DNA from: Actinomycetes bacterium
Lineage (GTDB): Bacteria; Actinomycetota; Actinomycetes; DATJPE01
DNA length: 64,000 nt
Assembly: GCA_031430645.1 (NCBI GenBank)
Contig: JANPBY010000101.1
Location: 6,112-70,111 of the forward strand
Direction: 5' to 3'
The notes under the pieces are model-generated. The model did not search any database. It saw nothing but the letters and a program-made list of their open reading frames with translations, and was not told the origin of the DNA. Made by a program: the position numbers and the translations under genes. Position 1 is the stretch's first letter. Each line of letters begins with the position of its first letter. Shown one piece after another: positions 39,117 to 49,863 of the stretch.

Positions 39117-40331
39117 ATGCAGGAGGGGATCTCGACGGCGCCCGGACGCCGTCCCCAGGTGGCGCTCGCGATGAGCGCAGCCTTGGCGTTGGTCCTGTTC
39201 ATGTCCCTGCTGCTCTCGACCCAGCCCCTGCCTCGTGCCCTTCCCTGGTGGGCCGCGCTGCCGACCATCGCCGTCCTGTATGCGATCGCCAACCGGACGC
39301 AGTATCTGCGACCAACAGGGAGCGTCAGCACGCTGTCGTACTCCCCGACGACGCCCTTCCTGCTCGCCGGAGCAATTCTGCTTCCGCCCCTGCCGCTTCT
39401 CGCGCTGGCCGTCGTCACTACCTCACCGCACAGCCCGCGCCGTTTGAACATTCTCAGCCTCCGCCTAGGTACGATGAGCGCGGCCTCGCTCGCTTATTGG
39501 CTCGTCAACGGCACAGCCGTTCAAGAGGTGTCCAGCGCCAACGCCAACCAGCAGTCACTGGCGCTGATCGCGTCGATGGTGGCCTACGAGCTGGCTCAGC
39601 TGGTCATCCTCAACGGTTCGATCTGGATGACTGAGGGCATCTCCTTGGCGCGTCAGGCCGCAACCTGGGGTCGGGAGTACGTCGCTGGCGAGGCGTGGGA
39701 ATTGTCGGCCGGGGCTGTCGCCGCCACGTTGGCCCTCACCGCGCCAGTGCTACTCCTCCCCGCAGCAGGTCTCCTGGTTCTCATCGTCGGCCAGGCGCAG
39801 TACGCACAGGCGATCCACGATCGGGACCGCGATGCAAAGACGGGCTTGCTCAACATGCGCGCCTTCACCAGGCTTGCCGATCGGGAGCTTTCAAGTGCTC
39901 GCCGGCACGGGCACCCGCTGTCCTTCTTGATGATCGATGTCGACCACCTTCGGGCCATCAACACCGAGCACGGACACCTGGGCGGAGATGCAGCGATCGC
40001 GACCGTTGCGGCCGTGCTCACCCAGCATCTGCGCGACGAGGATCTTGCTGCTCGATTCGGCGGTGAAGAGTTCGCTGTAGCACTCCCCCACACAGATCTA
40101 GCGCAAGCCGCCGAGGCCGCCGAGCGGATCCGAGGCGCCATCGAGGAATCTCGGCAAAAAGTCTCCACCGGCACCTTGCGAGTGACGGTCTCTGTCGGGG
40201 TCAGCCGATTCTCCGCGGGTGACAGCCTTGACCATCTGCTGGTCTCCGCCGATCGCGCGCTCTATGAGGCCAAGGATGACGGCCGAAACCTCGTTCGCTT
40301 GGCCGCCCGTGCGGGAGTTCTCGACACCTGA
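39117..40331 (+). CDS. Membrane-anchored diguanylate cyclase (GGDEF domain)
   Basis: N-terminal multi-TM region, then a GGDEF domain with active-site RFGGEEFAV and the preceding DVDHLRAINTEHGHLGGD. Confidence 0.85.
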   Translation: MQEGISTAPGRRPQVALAMSAALALVLFMSLLLSTQPLPRALPWWAALPTIAVLYAIANRTQYLRPTGSVSTLSYSPTTPFLLAGAILLPPLPLLALAVVTTSPHSPRRLNILSLRLGTMSAASLAYWLVNGTAVQEVSSANANQQSLALIASMVAYELAQLVILNGSIWMTEGISLARQAATWGREYVAGEAWELSAGAVAATLALTAPVLLLPAAGLLVLIVGQAQYAQAIHDRDRDAKTGLLNMRAFTRLADRELSSARRHGHPLSFLMIDVDHLRAINTEHGHLGGDAAIATVAAVLTQHLRDEDLAARFGGEEFAVALPHTDLAQAAEAAERIRGAIEESRQKVSTGTLRVTVSVGVSRFSAGDSLDHLLVSADRALYEAKDDGRNLVRLAARAGVLDT

Positions 40332-40360
40332 CCTCGATGGTTGAGGGCCAAAGCGTGGGT

Positions 40361-40783
40361 TCAGTCGTCGATGACGTGGACGGCAGCCTCTTCCGCAGAC
40401 GCCCCGGCACCGTCGATCCCGACGTCATAGGCCAGGAGCTCGGAGTCGATGTCCTCATGGGACCCCTCGTCGGGCGCAACGAGTCGACCGGCACGTGAAC
40501 CACCGACTTCGCCGCCAACCTGCTCGCCGATGTAACTGGCTGGGCTCAGTTCGTCGAATCCCACGTCAGGGACCTCTTGGGCCAGGCGCTGGTCCAGCGA
40601 CTCCCCCTGGCGTTCCTCGGCGAGGGTCGTTCCGAAGCCCTCTCCGGGCGACCAACCGTCTGGAGTGACGTACCCCTCGTCAAGAACGTCGGCGATCCCT
40701 CGGTCGATCAAGGAGTCCGCGGACTCAAGGACTCCGTCATCCTCAAGATCATCACGACCCGGCTCATACACGCCCTCGGTCAT
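40361..40783 (-). CDS. Highly acidic hypothetical protein
   Basis: 140-aa Asp/Glu-rich ORF. Coding-like third-position GC. Confidence 0.4.
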   Translation of the reverse strand: MTEGVYEPGRDDLEDDGVLESADSLIDRGIADVLDEGYVTPDGWSPGEGFGTTLAEERQGESLDQRLAQEVPDVGFDELSPASYIGEQVGGEVGGSRAGRLVAPDEGSHEDIDSELLAYDVGIDGAGASAEEAAVHVIDD

Positions 40784-40946
40784 TGCCGTGCACCCTTCAC
40801 TCGGTTGTCTGGATCACACCTCGATCATGCCGCGCGGAGCAAACCCTGCGAAGGGCCGTTGGTCCTGACCAGCGGATCCGGCACACCGGCAAGGGGCTCG
40901 ACCCATGCCAGCGCCTGCCGACATCAGGCTGACGATGTGAGACCTT

Positions 40947-41537
40947 GTGCTGATGACAAAGACCACGTCGCCGCGCACCCTGATGCCGGACCAAAGAAGG
41001 ACCGTCTTCGCCTGTCTGCGGGTGCTGGTTGCGTTGGCGCTCGTTCTCGGGGTCTACGCCGCGCTCCCCTCGTCTCCCAACAACGAAATCACCAACTGGG
41101 TCACGATCTTCCTGGGCCTCGGGATCTTCGTCGCCGTCCTCACGTGGCAGATCCGTGAGGTGGCGAAGTCGAGCCATCCGATCATTCGTGCGGTGGAGGC
41201 CCTCGGCATCACCATCTCGCTGTTCCTCATTCTCTTCTCAACCCAGTACGTCGCTGAGTCGGCCGCCAGCAGCGAGGCCTTCTCCGAGCCGTTGGACAAA
41301 TTCTCAGGCCTCTACTACACGGTGACGGTCTTCTCCACCGTCGGCTTCGGTGACATCACCCCAGTCAGTCATGTTTCTCGAGGTTTGACCATGGTCCAGA
41401 TGCTCGGCAACCTGATCATCTTGGGGGTGGGGATCCGCGTGCTCACGAGCGTCGCGCAAGAGAGTCTCCAACGGAAGCGGGCGACCAAGACCTCAGAGAT
41501 CTCGACGGAGGTAACTGGGACGCTAGGGTCCGACTAG
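40947..41537 (+). CDS. Two-TM potassium channel family protein (KcsA-like pore domain)
   Basis: Pore helix plus selectivity filter …[17 protein letters not shown]…, flanked by two TM helices. Confidence 0.8.
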   Translation: MLMTKTTSPRTLMPDQRRTVFACLRVLVALALVLGVYAALPSSPNNEITNWVTIFLGLGIFVAVLTWQIREVAKSSHPIIRAVEALGITISLFLILFSTQYVAESAASSEAFSEPLDKFSGLYYTVTVFSTVGFGDITPVSHVSRGLTMVQMLGNLIILGVGIRVLTSVAQESLQRKRATKTSEISTEVTGTLGSD

Positions 41538-41568
41538 GCGCACGTCCCAAGCGGCTAGGAGTCCTGTC

Positions 41569-42603
41569 ATGACGACCGACCACCCCATGCAACTCGGCAT
41601 GATTGGCCTCGGCCGGATGGGGGCCAACCTCAGTCGCCGCCTGATGCGCGATGGCCACGAGGTCGTGGTCTATGACCTGAACCTCGACGCCGTCCAGATG
41701 CTGCAGGACGAAGGCGCTACGGGTGCTACAACCCTCGAAGACTTCGTTGATGCCCTTCGGCCGCCCCGCGCAGCATGGATCATGGTGCCAGCCGGCGAGA
41801 TCACCGAGTCCACTGTGGTTGCTGTCTCGGCCCTGATGTCCGGGGGCGACATGCTCATCGACGGTGGCAACAGCTACTACCGCGATGACATCCGTCGTGC
41901 CGCCTTCCTCCGCGAACGCGGACTTCACTACGTCGACGTCGGGACCAGCGGCGGCGTCTTCGGGCTCGAGCGTGGGTTCTGCCTGATGATTGGCGCCGAG
42001 GATGCGGTGTTCAGCCATCTTGAGCCACTCTTCGCCACCCTCGCGCCTGGCGTGCGGACAGCCGAGCGAACACCAGGCCGCGACGGCGAACCGACCATGG
42101 ACGAGCAGGGCTACCTACATTGCGGGCCTAACGGGGCCGGCCACTTCGTGAAGATGGTTCACAACGGGATCGAGTACGGCATCATGGCCGCCTTTGCCGA
42201 AGGCTTCAACGTCTTGAAGAACGCGAACGCCGGCACCGTCGACCGGGACAAGGACGCCGAAACGGCGCCCCTGGACCACCCCGAGTTCTACCAATACGAC
42301 ATAGACATCCCGGCCGTTGCCGAGGTTTGGCGTCGCGGCAGCGTCGTCGGTTCCTGGCTGCTCGATCTGACGGCCGCAGCGCTTCACGAGTCTCCCGAGT
42401 TGTCCGAATTCAGCGGGCGGGTGTCAGACTCGGGCGAGGGGCGATGGACGGCGATCGCCGCGATCGACGAGGGCGTACCCACACCAGTGCTGACCACGGC
42501 GTTGTACTCGCGGTTCGCGTCGCGCAACCTCGACGACTACGCCAACAAGATTCTCTCGGCGATGCGCAAGCAGTTTGGTGGTCACCACGAGAAGAAGGAG
42601 TGA
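41569..42603 (+). CDS. gnd: 6-phosphogluconate dehydrogenase (decarboxylating), short NAD-preferring Gnd-like form
   Basis: N-terminal Rossmann [15 protein letters not shown]…, the 6PGDH core blocks and a length of 344 aa. Confidence 0.8.
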   Translation: MTTDHPMQLGMIGLGRMGANLSRRLMRDGHEVVVYDLNLDAVQMLQDEGATGATTLEDFVDALRPPRAAWIMVPAGEITESTVVAVSALMSGGDMLIDGGNSYYRDDIRRAAFLRERGLHYVDVGTSGGVFGLERGFCLMIGAEDAVFSHLEPLFATLAPGVRTAERTPGRDGEPTMDEQGYLHCGPNGAGHFVKMVHNGIEYGIMAAFAEGFNVLKNANAGTVDRDKDAETAPLDHPEFYQYDIDIPAVAEVWRRGSVVGSWLLDLTAAALHESPELSEFSGRVSDSGEGRWTAIAAIDEGVPTPVLTTALYSRFASRNLDDYANKILSAMRKQFGGHHEKKE

Positions 42604-42607
42604 CTGA

Positions 42608-44242
42608 GTGACGCAGGAGTCATTGCGTGACCGTCCCGCATGGAGGGCGCTCGAGAGGCACCATGCAGCGCTCGAAACAGTTCACCTGCGAGAGCTCTTC
42701 GCGACGGACCCCGATCGCGCCCAACGGTTCAGCCTCGAGGCAGTCGGTCTCTTCGCAGACTTCTCCAAGCACCGAATCACGGGTGAGACTGTCGATCTAC
42801 TGGCGGCGCTCGCCAAGGAGTCTGGACTCCAGGCCCACACTGAGGCGATGTTTCGCGGAGACGCGATCAACACAACGGAGAAGCGCGCCGTGCTACACAT
42901 CGCTCTGCGCGCACCGCGAGACGCTTCCATAGAGGTGGACGGGGTCGATGTCGTCCCCCAGGTCCATGCCGTCCTCGACCAGATGAGCGACTTCTCCGAA
43001 CAGGTTCGCTCGGGGAGGTGGACTGGACACTCGGGTCGACGGATACGCACGGTCGTGAACATCGGTATCGGCGGATCGGACCTAGGCCCGGTCATGGCCT
43101 ATGAAGCACTGCGCTTCTACAGCGACCGGGAGCTCGCCTTTCGCTTTGTCTCCAACGTGGATGGAACGGACTTCGTCGAGGCGACCCGTGACCTCGACCC
43201 TGGAGAGACCTTGTTTATCGTCTGCTCCAAGACCTTTACCACTGTCGAGACCATGACCAATGCGGGCTCGGCGCGGGCCTGGCTTCTTGCCGGACTCGGA
43301 GGTGACGAAGCGGCCGTTGCCAAGCACTTCGTTGCGGTCTCGACCAATGCACGAGCTGTGGAGGCCTTCGGGATCGACACCGAGAACATGTTCGGCTTTT
43401 GGGACTGGGTCGGTGGCCGCTACTCGATGACCTCAGCTGTCGGCCTGTCGACCATGCTCGCAGTCGGCCCCGAGGGTTTCCGACAGATGCTTGACGGTTT
43501 CCACGCGATGGACGAGCACTTCAGGACGGAACCATTCCTTTCCAACCTACCTGTGATCATGGGGTTGCTGACCCTTTGGTACGCGGACTTCTTCGGTGCA
43601 GAAACGGTCGCCGTCCTCCCCTACGACCAGTACCTCAAACGATTCCCGGCCTATCTCCAACAACTCACTATGGAATCGAACGGCAAGCAGGTCGCACGAG
43701 ACGGAACGCGTCTCGACATCAAGACAGGTCCGGTGTTTTGGGGTGAGCCGGGAACCAATGGCCAGCACTCCTTCTATCAGCTGATCCATCAGGGCACCCG
43801 GCTGATCCCGTGCGACTTCATCGCGTTCATCCAGCCCCTGAACGACCTCCCACCGCACCACGACTTGCTCGCCGCGAACGTCTTCGCTCAAGCCGAGGCT
43901 CTGGCCTTCGGCAAGACCACCGAGGAGGTTCGGGGTGACGGTACCCAAGAGGACCTTGTCCCCCACCGGGTCTTTGAAGGCAACCGTCCCTCCACGACGC
44001 TGTTGGCGGAGCGACTCACGCCCTACTCCCTCGGAACCCTCGTCGCTCTGTATGAGCACAGCGTCTTTACCCAGGGGGTCATCTGGGGAATCGACTCCTT
44101 TGACCAGTGGGGTGTAGAGCTCGGAAAAGTACTCGCGAACCGAATCATCGAGGAACTCGGCGCGGACAGCGACTCAGATCCCGTCCACGACAGCTCAACC
44201 AACGCACTCATCCGCCGCTACCGTGCCGGTCGCACCCCGTAG
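42608..44242 (+). CDS. pgi: Glucose-6-phosphate isomerase
   Basis: 544-aa protein with PGI signature blocks (…[11 protein letters not shown]…, …SNGK…[18 protein letters not shown]…). Confidence 0.9.
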   Translation: MTQESLRDRPAWRALERHHAALETVHLRELFATDPDRAQRFSLEAVGLFADFSKHRITGETVDLLAALAKESGLQAHTEAMFRGDAINTTEKRAVLHIALRAPRDASIEVDGVDVVPQVHAVLDQMSDFSEQVRSGRWTGHSGRRIRTVVNIGIGGSDLGPVMAYEALRFYSDRELAFRFVSNVDGTDFVEATRDLDPGETLFIVCSKTFTTVETMTNAGSARAWLLAGLGGDEAAVAKHFVAVSTNARAVEAFGIDTENMFGFWDWVGGRYSMTSAVGLSTMLAVGPEGFRQMLDGFHAMDEHFRTEPFLSNLPVIMGLLTLWYADFFGAETVAVLPYDQYLKRFPAYLQQLTMESNGKQVARDGTRLDIKTGPVFWGEPGTNGQHSFYQLIHQGTRLIPCDFIAFIQPLNDLPPHHDLLAANVFAQAEALAFGKTTEEVRGDGTQEDLVPHRVFEGNRPSTTLLAERLTPYSLGTLVALYEHSVFTQGVIWGIDSFDQWGVELGKVLANRIIEELGADSDSDPVHDSSTNALIRRYRAGRTP

Positions 44243-44253
44243 TGAACTCGACG

Positions 44254-44288
44254 CTGAGGGGTCCTCGGGAAAGCCGAGGACCCCTCAG
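44254..44288. terminator. Perfect 15-bp inverted repeat with 5-nt loop (bidirectional terminator-like hairpin) between convergent pgi and the downstream minus-strand gene
   Basis: CTGAGGGGTCCTCGG-gaaag-CCGAGGACCCCTCAG, read directly from the sequence. There is no strong U-tract. Confidence 0.5.
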
Positions 44289-44315
44289 TCTCCACGCCCA
44301 GGGGATAGTGACGGT

Positions 44316-45397
44316 CTATGGCCTGATCGTCACGATTGAACCTGCTCCCAGGCCATCACCGGCGAAGACATCCACGGCGGCATAGATTCGGCCGTTGGCG
44401 TAGTCGATGGACGTCGGGCTGTTCACCGAGACGAATGGCTTGGGCCAGCCATCCTTGATCGTCGAAATCTGGTTGGCGAACAGTTCGGCCACATAGACCC
44501 TGCCACCCGGAGTCACTGCGACGTTGGTCGCGCTGACAAACCCACGGCCGATGACCTGAGTTGCGCCGCTGTGCGGGTTGATCTTCAGCACTCTGCCCTG
44601 CGGGCCGAGGCTCCCGTCCTCGGGGCCACCGGGCAGGCTGCTGACGTACAGCATGCCGCCGGGTCCGACTTCTACGTCGGTAGGCACTGGTTCGAAGCGG
44701 TAGCGCGTGCCAACAGTGCAGGCCGGGAGCCCGAGGGCGGCAGCAGCATCCGCGGTGATCTTGACCGACACCGAGGGGAGAACACTGACCACGGAGACCT
44801 TGCCTGCACGGCTCACGTGCAAGATCGCATTGCCAGCGGCCTCGGCGACGTACCACCCGCCGTCAGGGGCGTTCGCGACGGCGTAAGGGTGTGAGTCAAT
44901 GCCGCCCTTGTAGGAGGGCGGGCCGATTTCGTCCACAAGAGGTGCCAGTTCGGCCTTGCACGCATCGGACAAGCCCTTGAAGCCGTACGTTACGTGCGCG
45001 TCAGGGTTGTGCTTCTTCTCGAAGGCGTAGAGGTTGGCGATGTTGCGAACGGTGCCGTTCGAGAACCGTTGCTTGAGCCCACTCGCAGGGTGTTCCTCGT
45101 CCCCTCCGGTCCAGGTGAAGGCCACGTTGTAACCGCGGGAGGCCACGCCCGCAATCTCGCCTGGAAGTGCGAAGAGATCCTTGGTCGACCCGTCGGGCCT
45201 CACCTTGGTGAGGACGCCCGCGAAGGCCTGGCCCACGTAGATTTGGCCGTCGGAGCCCACATCGATCTGCAACGGCCCCACGAGCCCACTGACGATTGGC
45301 TCTGACGGAGCGGGAGCGGCCCAGGCGGTTGATGGAGCGCTGACGACAACCGCCAGTGCGAGAGAACTGAGAATGACTGCCTTGCTAGCTAGTTTCA
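44316..45397 (-). CDS. Secreted beta-propeller protein (ScyD/ScyE-like, NHL-like repeats)
   Basis: The GTG at 45397 has a GGGGG Shine-Dalgarno and a signal peptide KLASKAVILSSLALAVVVSAPSTAWA. Repeated …YVA/YVG… strands are typical of propellers. Confidence 0.5.
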
Positions 45398-45499
45398 CGA
45401 CGAACCCCCATGATTCGAACGAGTACGGATGCCCCGCATGCTCGCACGCACCGGGTGACACGGCCTGACTCAGAAGGACTAGTCATCTAGGGTGACGTC

Positions 45500-46180
45500 G
45501 TGCCGGGACGCGCGCTCGAGGACCTCGTCGACCCGGGGTGGGCTTCGGCACTCGCGCCCGTTCGCGCCGAGATCTCGGCCTTGGGCGACTTCCTTCGCGC
45601 CGAGTCCACGTCAGGGCCGGGATACCTCCCGGCCGGGGCGGACGTGCTGAGAGCCTTCGGTGATCCCTTCGTCGACGTCCGCGTACTCGTCGTCGGACAG
45701 GATCCCTACCCGACGCCCGGACATCCCATGGGACTGTCGTTCTCGGTCGCACCCGAGGTTCGTCCCCTCCCCCGCAGCCTGCAGAACATCTTCCGCGAAC
45801 TGGTGAGCGATCTCGGCGTCCCCCTCCCACGAACAGGTGATCTCACGGATTGGGCCGGCCAGGGGGTGCTTCTCCTCAACCGGGTCCTGACCGTGAGTCC
45901 AGGAAAGCCAGGGAGCCACCGAGGCCGCGGTTGGGAGGCCGTCACAGACGGCGCCATCCAAGCCCTGGTCGCTCGGCAGCAGCCTCTCGTCGCTGTGCTC
46001 TGGGGGCGAGAGGCGCAAGGCACCCGCGGCGTCCTCAGCGACACACCTCTGGTGGAGAGCGTCCATCCGAGCCCGCTGTCGGCGCATCGTGGATTCTTCG
46101 GATCGCGACCGTTCAGTCGGGTCAACGAACTGCTGGTCGCCGCTGGCGGAGCGGCGGTGGATTGGGAACTTCCTGCCTGA
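45500..46180 (+). CDS. ung: Uracil-DNA glycosylase (family 1)
   Basis: [13 protein letters not shown] water-activating loop and C-terminal [19 protein letters not shown] block matching the Ung HPSPLS motif. Confidence 0.9.
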   Translation: MPGRALEDLVDPGWASALAPVRAEISALGDFLRAESTSGPGYLPAGADVLRAFGDPFVDVRVLVVGQDPYPTPGHPMGLSFSVAPEVRPLPRSLQNIFRELVSDLGVPLPRTGDLTDWAGQGVLLLNRVLTVSPGKPGSHRGRGWEAVTDGAIQALVARQQPLVAVLWGREAQGTRGVLSDTPLVESVHPSPLSAHRGFFGSRPFSRVNELLVAAGGAAVDWELPA

Positions 46181-46201
46181 TCCGACGGGCCCGGCCCCGG
46201 C

Positions 46202-47404
46202 TCAGGCGTCGGTGTAGGCGACGATCCCGAGGCACATCTCATCAGTGGACCCTTCCCCCCAGACCACGTAGCGCGGAGGCAGCTTCTGCAGTTCGGGAAT
46301 GAGCTGTCGCAGCCCGACATCGTGGGTGCAGGTGACCCTCAGGCGATCGCCGGGGCGGACGGTGACCGGCTCCGACATTTTCCGCGCCTTTTGATCGTCG
46401 AAGTCGTAGACGGGCACATCGAGCAGATTCCGGGTGCTGCCGTCGGCGCGCTCGAGATCGACCTGGATTGACTGACCGAGCAGGTGCATGTGTCCGGCAA
46501 CCGCTTCTACCTGAATCCGCCGATCCAGCGTGCGGGCGCAGGTTTGGGTAGCCGCAGCCTTGGGCGCGCTAGGCGACCCGTCGCACAGAATCTGCAGCCC
46601 GGCCACCGTGCGCCCGGAGGGCGCACCGAACCGGCTCATCACGTCAAGAACTGCCGCTTCCCGGTCGCAGAGGGGGCCCGATTCACCGGCACCGCACGGA
46701 AGCTCGACCGGTGCGGGTAGCAACAGTGTCCTTCGCGGCTCTAGGTCGGCGTCGGAGGGTGCCACCCGAAGCCGCACGATCGTCTCGTCCGGCCCGGAGC
46801 CGTTCAAGAGGTTGTAGTGCATCTGGAGCACGACGAGGCTCCCGCGAGCAAGCTCCATGCCCGTGCCCTCTCGGAACCTCTGCTCCCCACCAGTCGTCGC
46901 GAACCCTGCGACCCATGGGGCGGCATTGAGACCTTCAACCACTCCGCCCGGGTCTGGTAGTCCAGGCCCGCCAAAACAGGACCAACCCAGCCGTTGGTCA
47001 CTCATATCCCTCGTCCGGGCGGCGGCCACCTGTGCCGGGTCAACGCGGTAAAGGATCGCGTGGTGTACGAGGTCGGGGTTCCCAGCCTCGAGTACGACGC
47101 CGGACAGGAACGCGTCGTCGGCCAAGGCAGGGTCGAGCAGGATGCAGCGGTAGTCATCGGTGCCGCCGGCCTCGGCCTGCGGGGTGTAGGCCCCACCCGG
47201 CAGTTCGAGATCGATCCATCGCTCACCCGGCTCCAGAGCTGCTGGCTGGACAGGCGGATCGCTCCCGGGCCTCTGCATTCCCGCGCTATGCCCCGCCGAA
47301 GCGGCGGTCTCTGGGCTCGATGAGTGGTCCGGGGAACCACACGCCACAAGCAGGACCAAGCCGAATCCGACCATCGTGCAGCGGAGGTACTTTCCCCGTT
47401 TCAT
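46202..47404 (-). CDS. Lipoprotein with PHM/DBH-like copper type II ascorbate-dependent monooxygenase fold
   Basis: Signal plus lipobox LLVACGS. Candidate CuH ligands are HH (…DLVHHAILY…) plus a downstream H (…LQMHYN…). Candidate CuM ligands are HxH (…AGHMHLLG…) plus Met (…TDEMCLG…), in the same order as peptidylglycine alpha-hydroxylating monooxygenase. Confidence 0.5.
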   Translation of the reverse strand: MKRGKYLRCTMVGFGLVLLVACGSPDHSSSPETAASAGHSAGMQRPGSDPPVQPAALEPGERWIDLELPGGAYTPQAEAGGTDDYRCILLDPALADDAFLSGVVLEAGNPDLVHHAILYRVDPAQVAAARTRDMSDQRLGWSCFGGPGLPDPGGVVEGLNAAPWVAGFATTGGEQRFREGTGMELARGSLVVLQMHYNLLNGSGPDETIVRLRVAPSDADLEPRRTLLLPAPVELPCGAGESGPLCDREAAVLDVMSRFGAPSGRTVAGLQILCDGSPSAPKAAATQTCARTLDRRIQVEAVAGHMHLLGQSIQVDLERADGSTRNLLDVPVYDFDDQKARKMSEPVTVRPGDRLRVTCTHDVGLRQLIPELQKLPPRYVVWGEGSTDEMCLGIVAYTDA

Positions 47405-47407
47405 GGC

Positions 47408-47815
47408 CTATTCAGCGGGGTCTAGGGTGCTGTCGCCGGCCAGCAACGCAGCGGACAAGTGCAGGCGGAGGGGGTCGAGACGGAGCACTCCCGGCCCGTC
47501 GGCGAGGTGAGTAGGCATCTCAGCCATCAGAAGCGCGAAGGGCGCCGACTCGCGGTGAGCGGTGTACGCCGCATCGTCGGTGAACCACTCGTGAAGCCAC
47601 ACCACACTGTCGTCATCTGGGTCCAGTGACATGAGAAAGGACTCGGTGCCTGGCTCCTCATCGAGACGGTCGACATACCGGTTGAGGGTGTCCAGAAGTG
47701 CAGGACGTGCCCCTTGCTGGGCATGGAGGCGTACGACAAGACCGACTCGTCCTGGTAGCAGAGCCGTCACGTCAGAGGGCGGAGCAGGGGTCACCTCCCC
47801 ATCATGACCTGTCAC
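47408..47815 (-). CDS. Antibiotic-biosynthesis-monooxygenase (ABM)-like small protein
   Basis: About 100-aa core (…LVVRLHAQQGARPALLDTLNRYVD…WLHEWFTDDAAYTAHRESAPF…) typical of the ABM ferredoxin-like fold. Confidence 0.5.
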   Translation of the reverse strand: MTGHDGEVTPAPPSDVTALLPGRVGLVVRLHAQQGARPALLDTLNRYVDRLDEEPGTESFLMSLDPDDDSVVWLHEWFTDDAAYTAHRESAPFALLMAEMPTHLADGPGVLRLDPLRLHLSAALLAGDSTLDPAE

Positions 47816-48618
47816 GGTTGTTCGCGCGCCCGGGCCACGGCCCAGAACGCAAGTGCGGCGGAGGTGGCCACGTTCAAGGAGTCCACACCATGGGACATCC
47901 GAATGGACACGGTGGCGTCTGCAAGGTCGGTGGCACTGCGCGACAGACCACGACCCTCGGACCCCAACAGCAGCGCCACCCGGTCCCGTGGACCGACATC
48001 CAAGTCCGACAGATCACAGGTCGCCCCGTGAGGTGTCAACGCGAGCACCCGGAATCCGAGCGAGCGAAGACCTACGAGCCCCCCGGGCCAGGAGGGACAT
48101 CGGGCGTACGGCACGGCAAAGACCGCACCCATCGACGTCCGGATTGCCCTTCGGTAGAGAGGATCGGCACACTGCGGATCTAAGACGATCCCATCGACGC
48201 CCAGGGCTGTGACAGACCGGAAGATCGCACCGACGTTCGTGTGGTCAACGACTGCCTCGAGGACGGCGAGCGTCAGCGCCCCAGAGGCCACCATCTCAAC
48301 GGTCGGAAGCTCCCGCCGGCTGAAGGATGCCAGGACCCCCCGATGCACGTCATAGCCCGTGGCGAGCCGCAGGTCCATAGGGTCACCGACGTGGACCAGG
48401 CCTCCGGCTGAGACCACGTCGGCGGCGACGCGGACGACGTCATGTCGATCTCGCTTGTCCGGCGTGACAACCAGAGTCCGCACTGTGTATCCGGCCGAGA
48501 GTGCGCGGCGCACAGCCTGAACGCCCTCGGCGATGAAGATCCCGTGCACCGGCTCGGTACGACGTCGAAGGGCGACATCGGTGAGCCCCATGAAGTCGGC
48601 GAGTGGGTCGGTGGTCAC
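47812..48618 (-). CDS. SpoU/TrmH-family RNA 2'-O-methyltransferase
   Basis: SPOUT motifs (…LVLDPQCADPLYRRAIRTSMGAVF…, …LLLGSEGRGLS…, …IRMSHGVDSLNVATSAAL…). Confidence 0.8.
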   Translation of the reverse strand: MTTDPLADFMGLTDVALRRRTEPVHGIFIAEGVQAVRRALSAGYTVRTLVVTPDKRDRHDVVRVAADVVSAGGLVHVGDPMDLRLATGYDVHRGVLASFSRRELPTVEMVASGALTLAVLEAVVDHTNVGAIFRSVTALGVDGIVLDPQCADPLYRRAIRTSMGAVFAVPYARCPSWPGGLVGLRSLGFRVLALTPHGATCDLSDLDVGPRDRVALLLGSEGRGLSRSATDLADATVSIRMSHGVDSLNVATSAALAFWAVARAREQP

Positions 48619-48741
48619 GGGCAGTCAGGCTATTGCCTGCCCGTGCCATTGCCTGATCAGGCACCCCAGCTCCGACTGACTCTCAACACACGGTGCCTGC
48701 GCTCAGGTCAAGCGGCATCGTCACCTGGCCGATGACCTGGT

Positions 48742-49863
48742 ATGACTCCAGGTCGGATGTGGCTGCGCGCTGCCCTCGTTGGTGGCCTCGCGCTCGTCGG
48801 CCCGCTCGGGACCATCCCGACACCCGCGGCAGCAGAGAATGCCTCCGATGCTCGAGCCGCGGCAGCGGCAGCAGCCGAAGCCATCGATCGCCTTCAGCCG
48901 CGAGTGGACGCGGCCGTCACTGCCTACGAACGGGCGTTGGAGGGCTTGGCTTCTGATGTGACAGCCGGGATCACCGCCAACCAGTTCGCTGACGAGGCCA
49001 CCCGTGCCCACGATCGAGCAACCCGGGTGGCCCATCAACGCCTGCGCGCGCTCTACATGGCTGGCGGCCAGACCGGGCTGCTCGCCAGTGTCTTGGACGC
49101 GCAATCCCCCAGTGACCTCGCACGAAGGATCGGCAATGTCGGTCGGGTCGTGGACTCCGACCGAAACACCACAAGCGAGGCCAGGCTGGACGCCCATGCG
49201 GCAGCCGGTGTCGCTCGAGCTCGCGGGAACAGCGCCGATTCGGCCACGGCCACGGTCGGGGATGTGGAATCAAGGTTGCGGGACCTCACTGAGGTCCTTG
49301 AAGAGGCCCAGTCTGTCTTGGATGCGCTGAACGTCAGGGCACGCTCGCTGGAGGACGCCGAACGGGCGGCTGCAGCTTTGACGGCAGCGCGGGCGGCTGC
49401 GGACTCTGCTCGTTGGAACACCGCCGGGACCGCCCAGGCCCGTGGGATCCCGGTGACCTTCCTCGCTCTGTACCGGTCGGCCTCAGCCACTTGCCCGGGA
49501 CTGCCGTGGCCTGTCCTCGCCGCGATCGGGCAGGTCGAGAGCGGGCATGGCAGCAACCCCAACGACAGTTATGCGGGCGCTCAAGGGCCTATGCAATTCC
49601 TGCCGAGCACCTTCCGGGCGTACGGCGTGGATGGCGACGGCGATGGGCAGGCAGACATCCGAAATCCAGCCGACGCGATCTTTTCAGCGGCTAACTACCT
49701 TTGCGCCAACGGCGCTGGCAAGAGCGACACAAGACTTCTTGGGGCGATTTGGCGCTACAACCACGCTGATTGGTATGTGGCGATGGTGCTGCGCATTGCC
49801 GGACAGATCGCCGCCCGCTTCGGTGAGCCGCCAGTCGCTGACTACGCCCCGCGTTCGACCTGA
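48742..49863 (+). CDS. Secreted protein with N-terminal coiled-coil region and C-terminal lytic transglycosylase (SLT-like) domain
   Basis: Signal peptide, Ala-rich helical region, then …LAAIGQVESGHG…GPMQFLPSTF…ANYL… matching the family-1 transglycosylase catalytic Glu context. Confidence 0.7.
   Translation: MTPGRMWLRAALVGGLALVGPLGTIPTPAAAENASDARAAAAAAAEAIDRLQPRVDAAVTAYERALEGLASDVTAGITANQFADEATRAHDRATRVAHQRLRALYMAGGQTGLLASVLDAQSPSDLARRIGNVGRVVDSDRNTTSEARLDAHAAAGVARARGNSADSATATVGDVESRLRDLTEVLEEAQSVLDALNVRARSLEDAERAAAALTAARAAADSARWNTAGTAQARGIPVTFLALYRSASATCPGLPWPVLAAIGQVESGHGSNPNDSYAGAQGPMQFLPSTFRAYGVDGDGDGQADIRNPADAIFSAANYLCANGAGKSDTRLLGAIWRYNHADWYVAMVLRIAGQIAARFGEPPVADYAPRST

Noticed and set aside
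37388-39451. Minus-strand ORFs (199 aa and 401 aa) over the PPK2 gene
   Set aside because: Antisense to a motif-rich PPK2 coding sequence.
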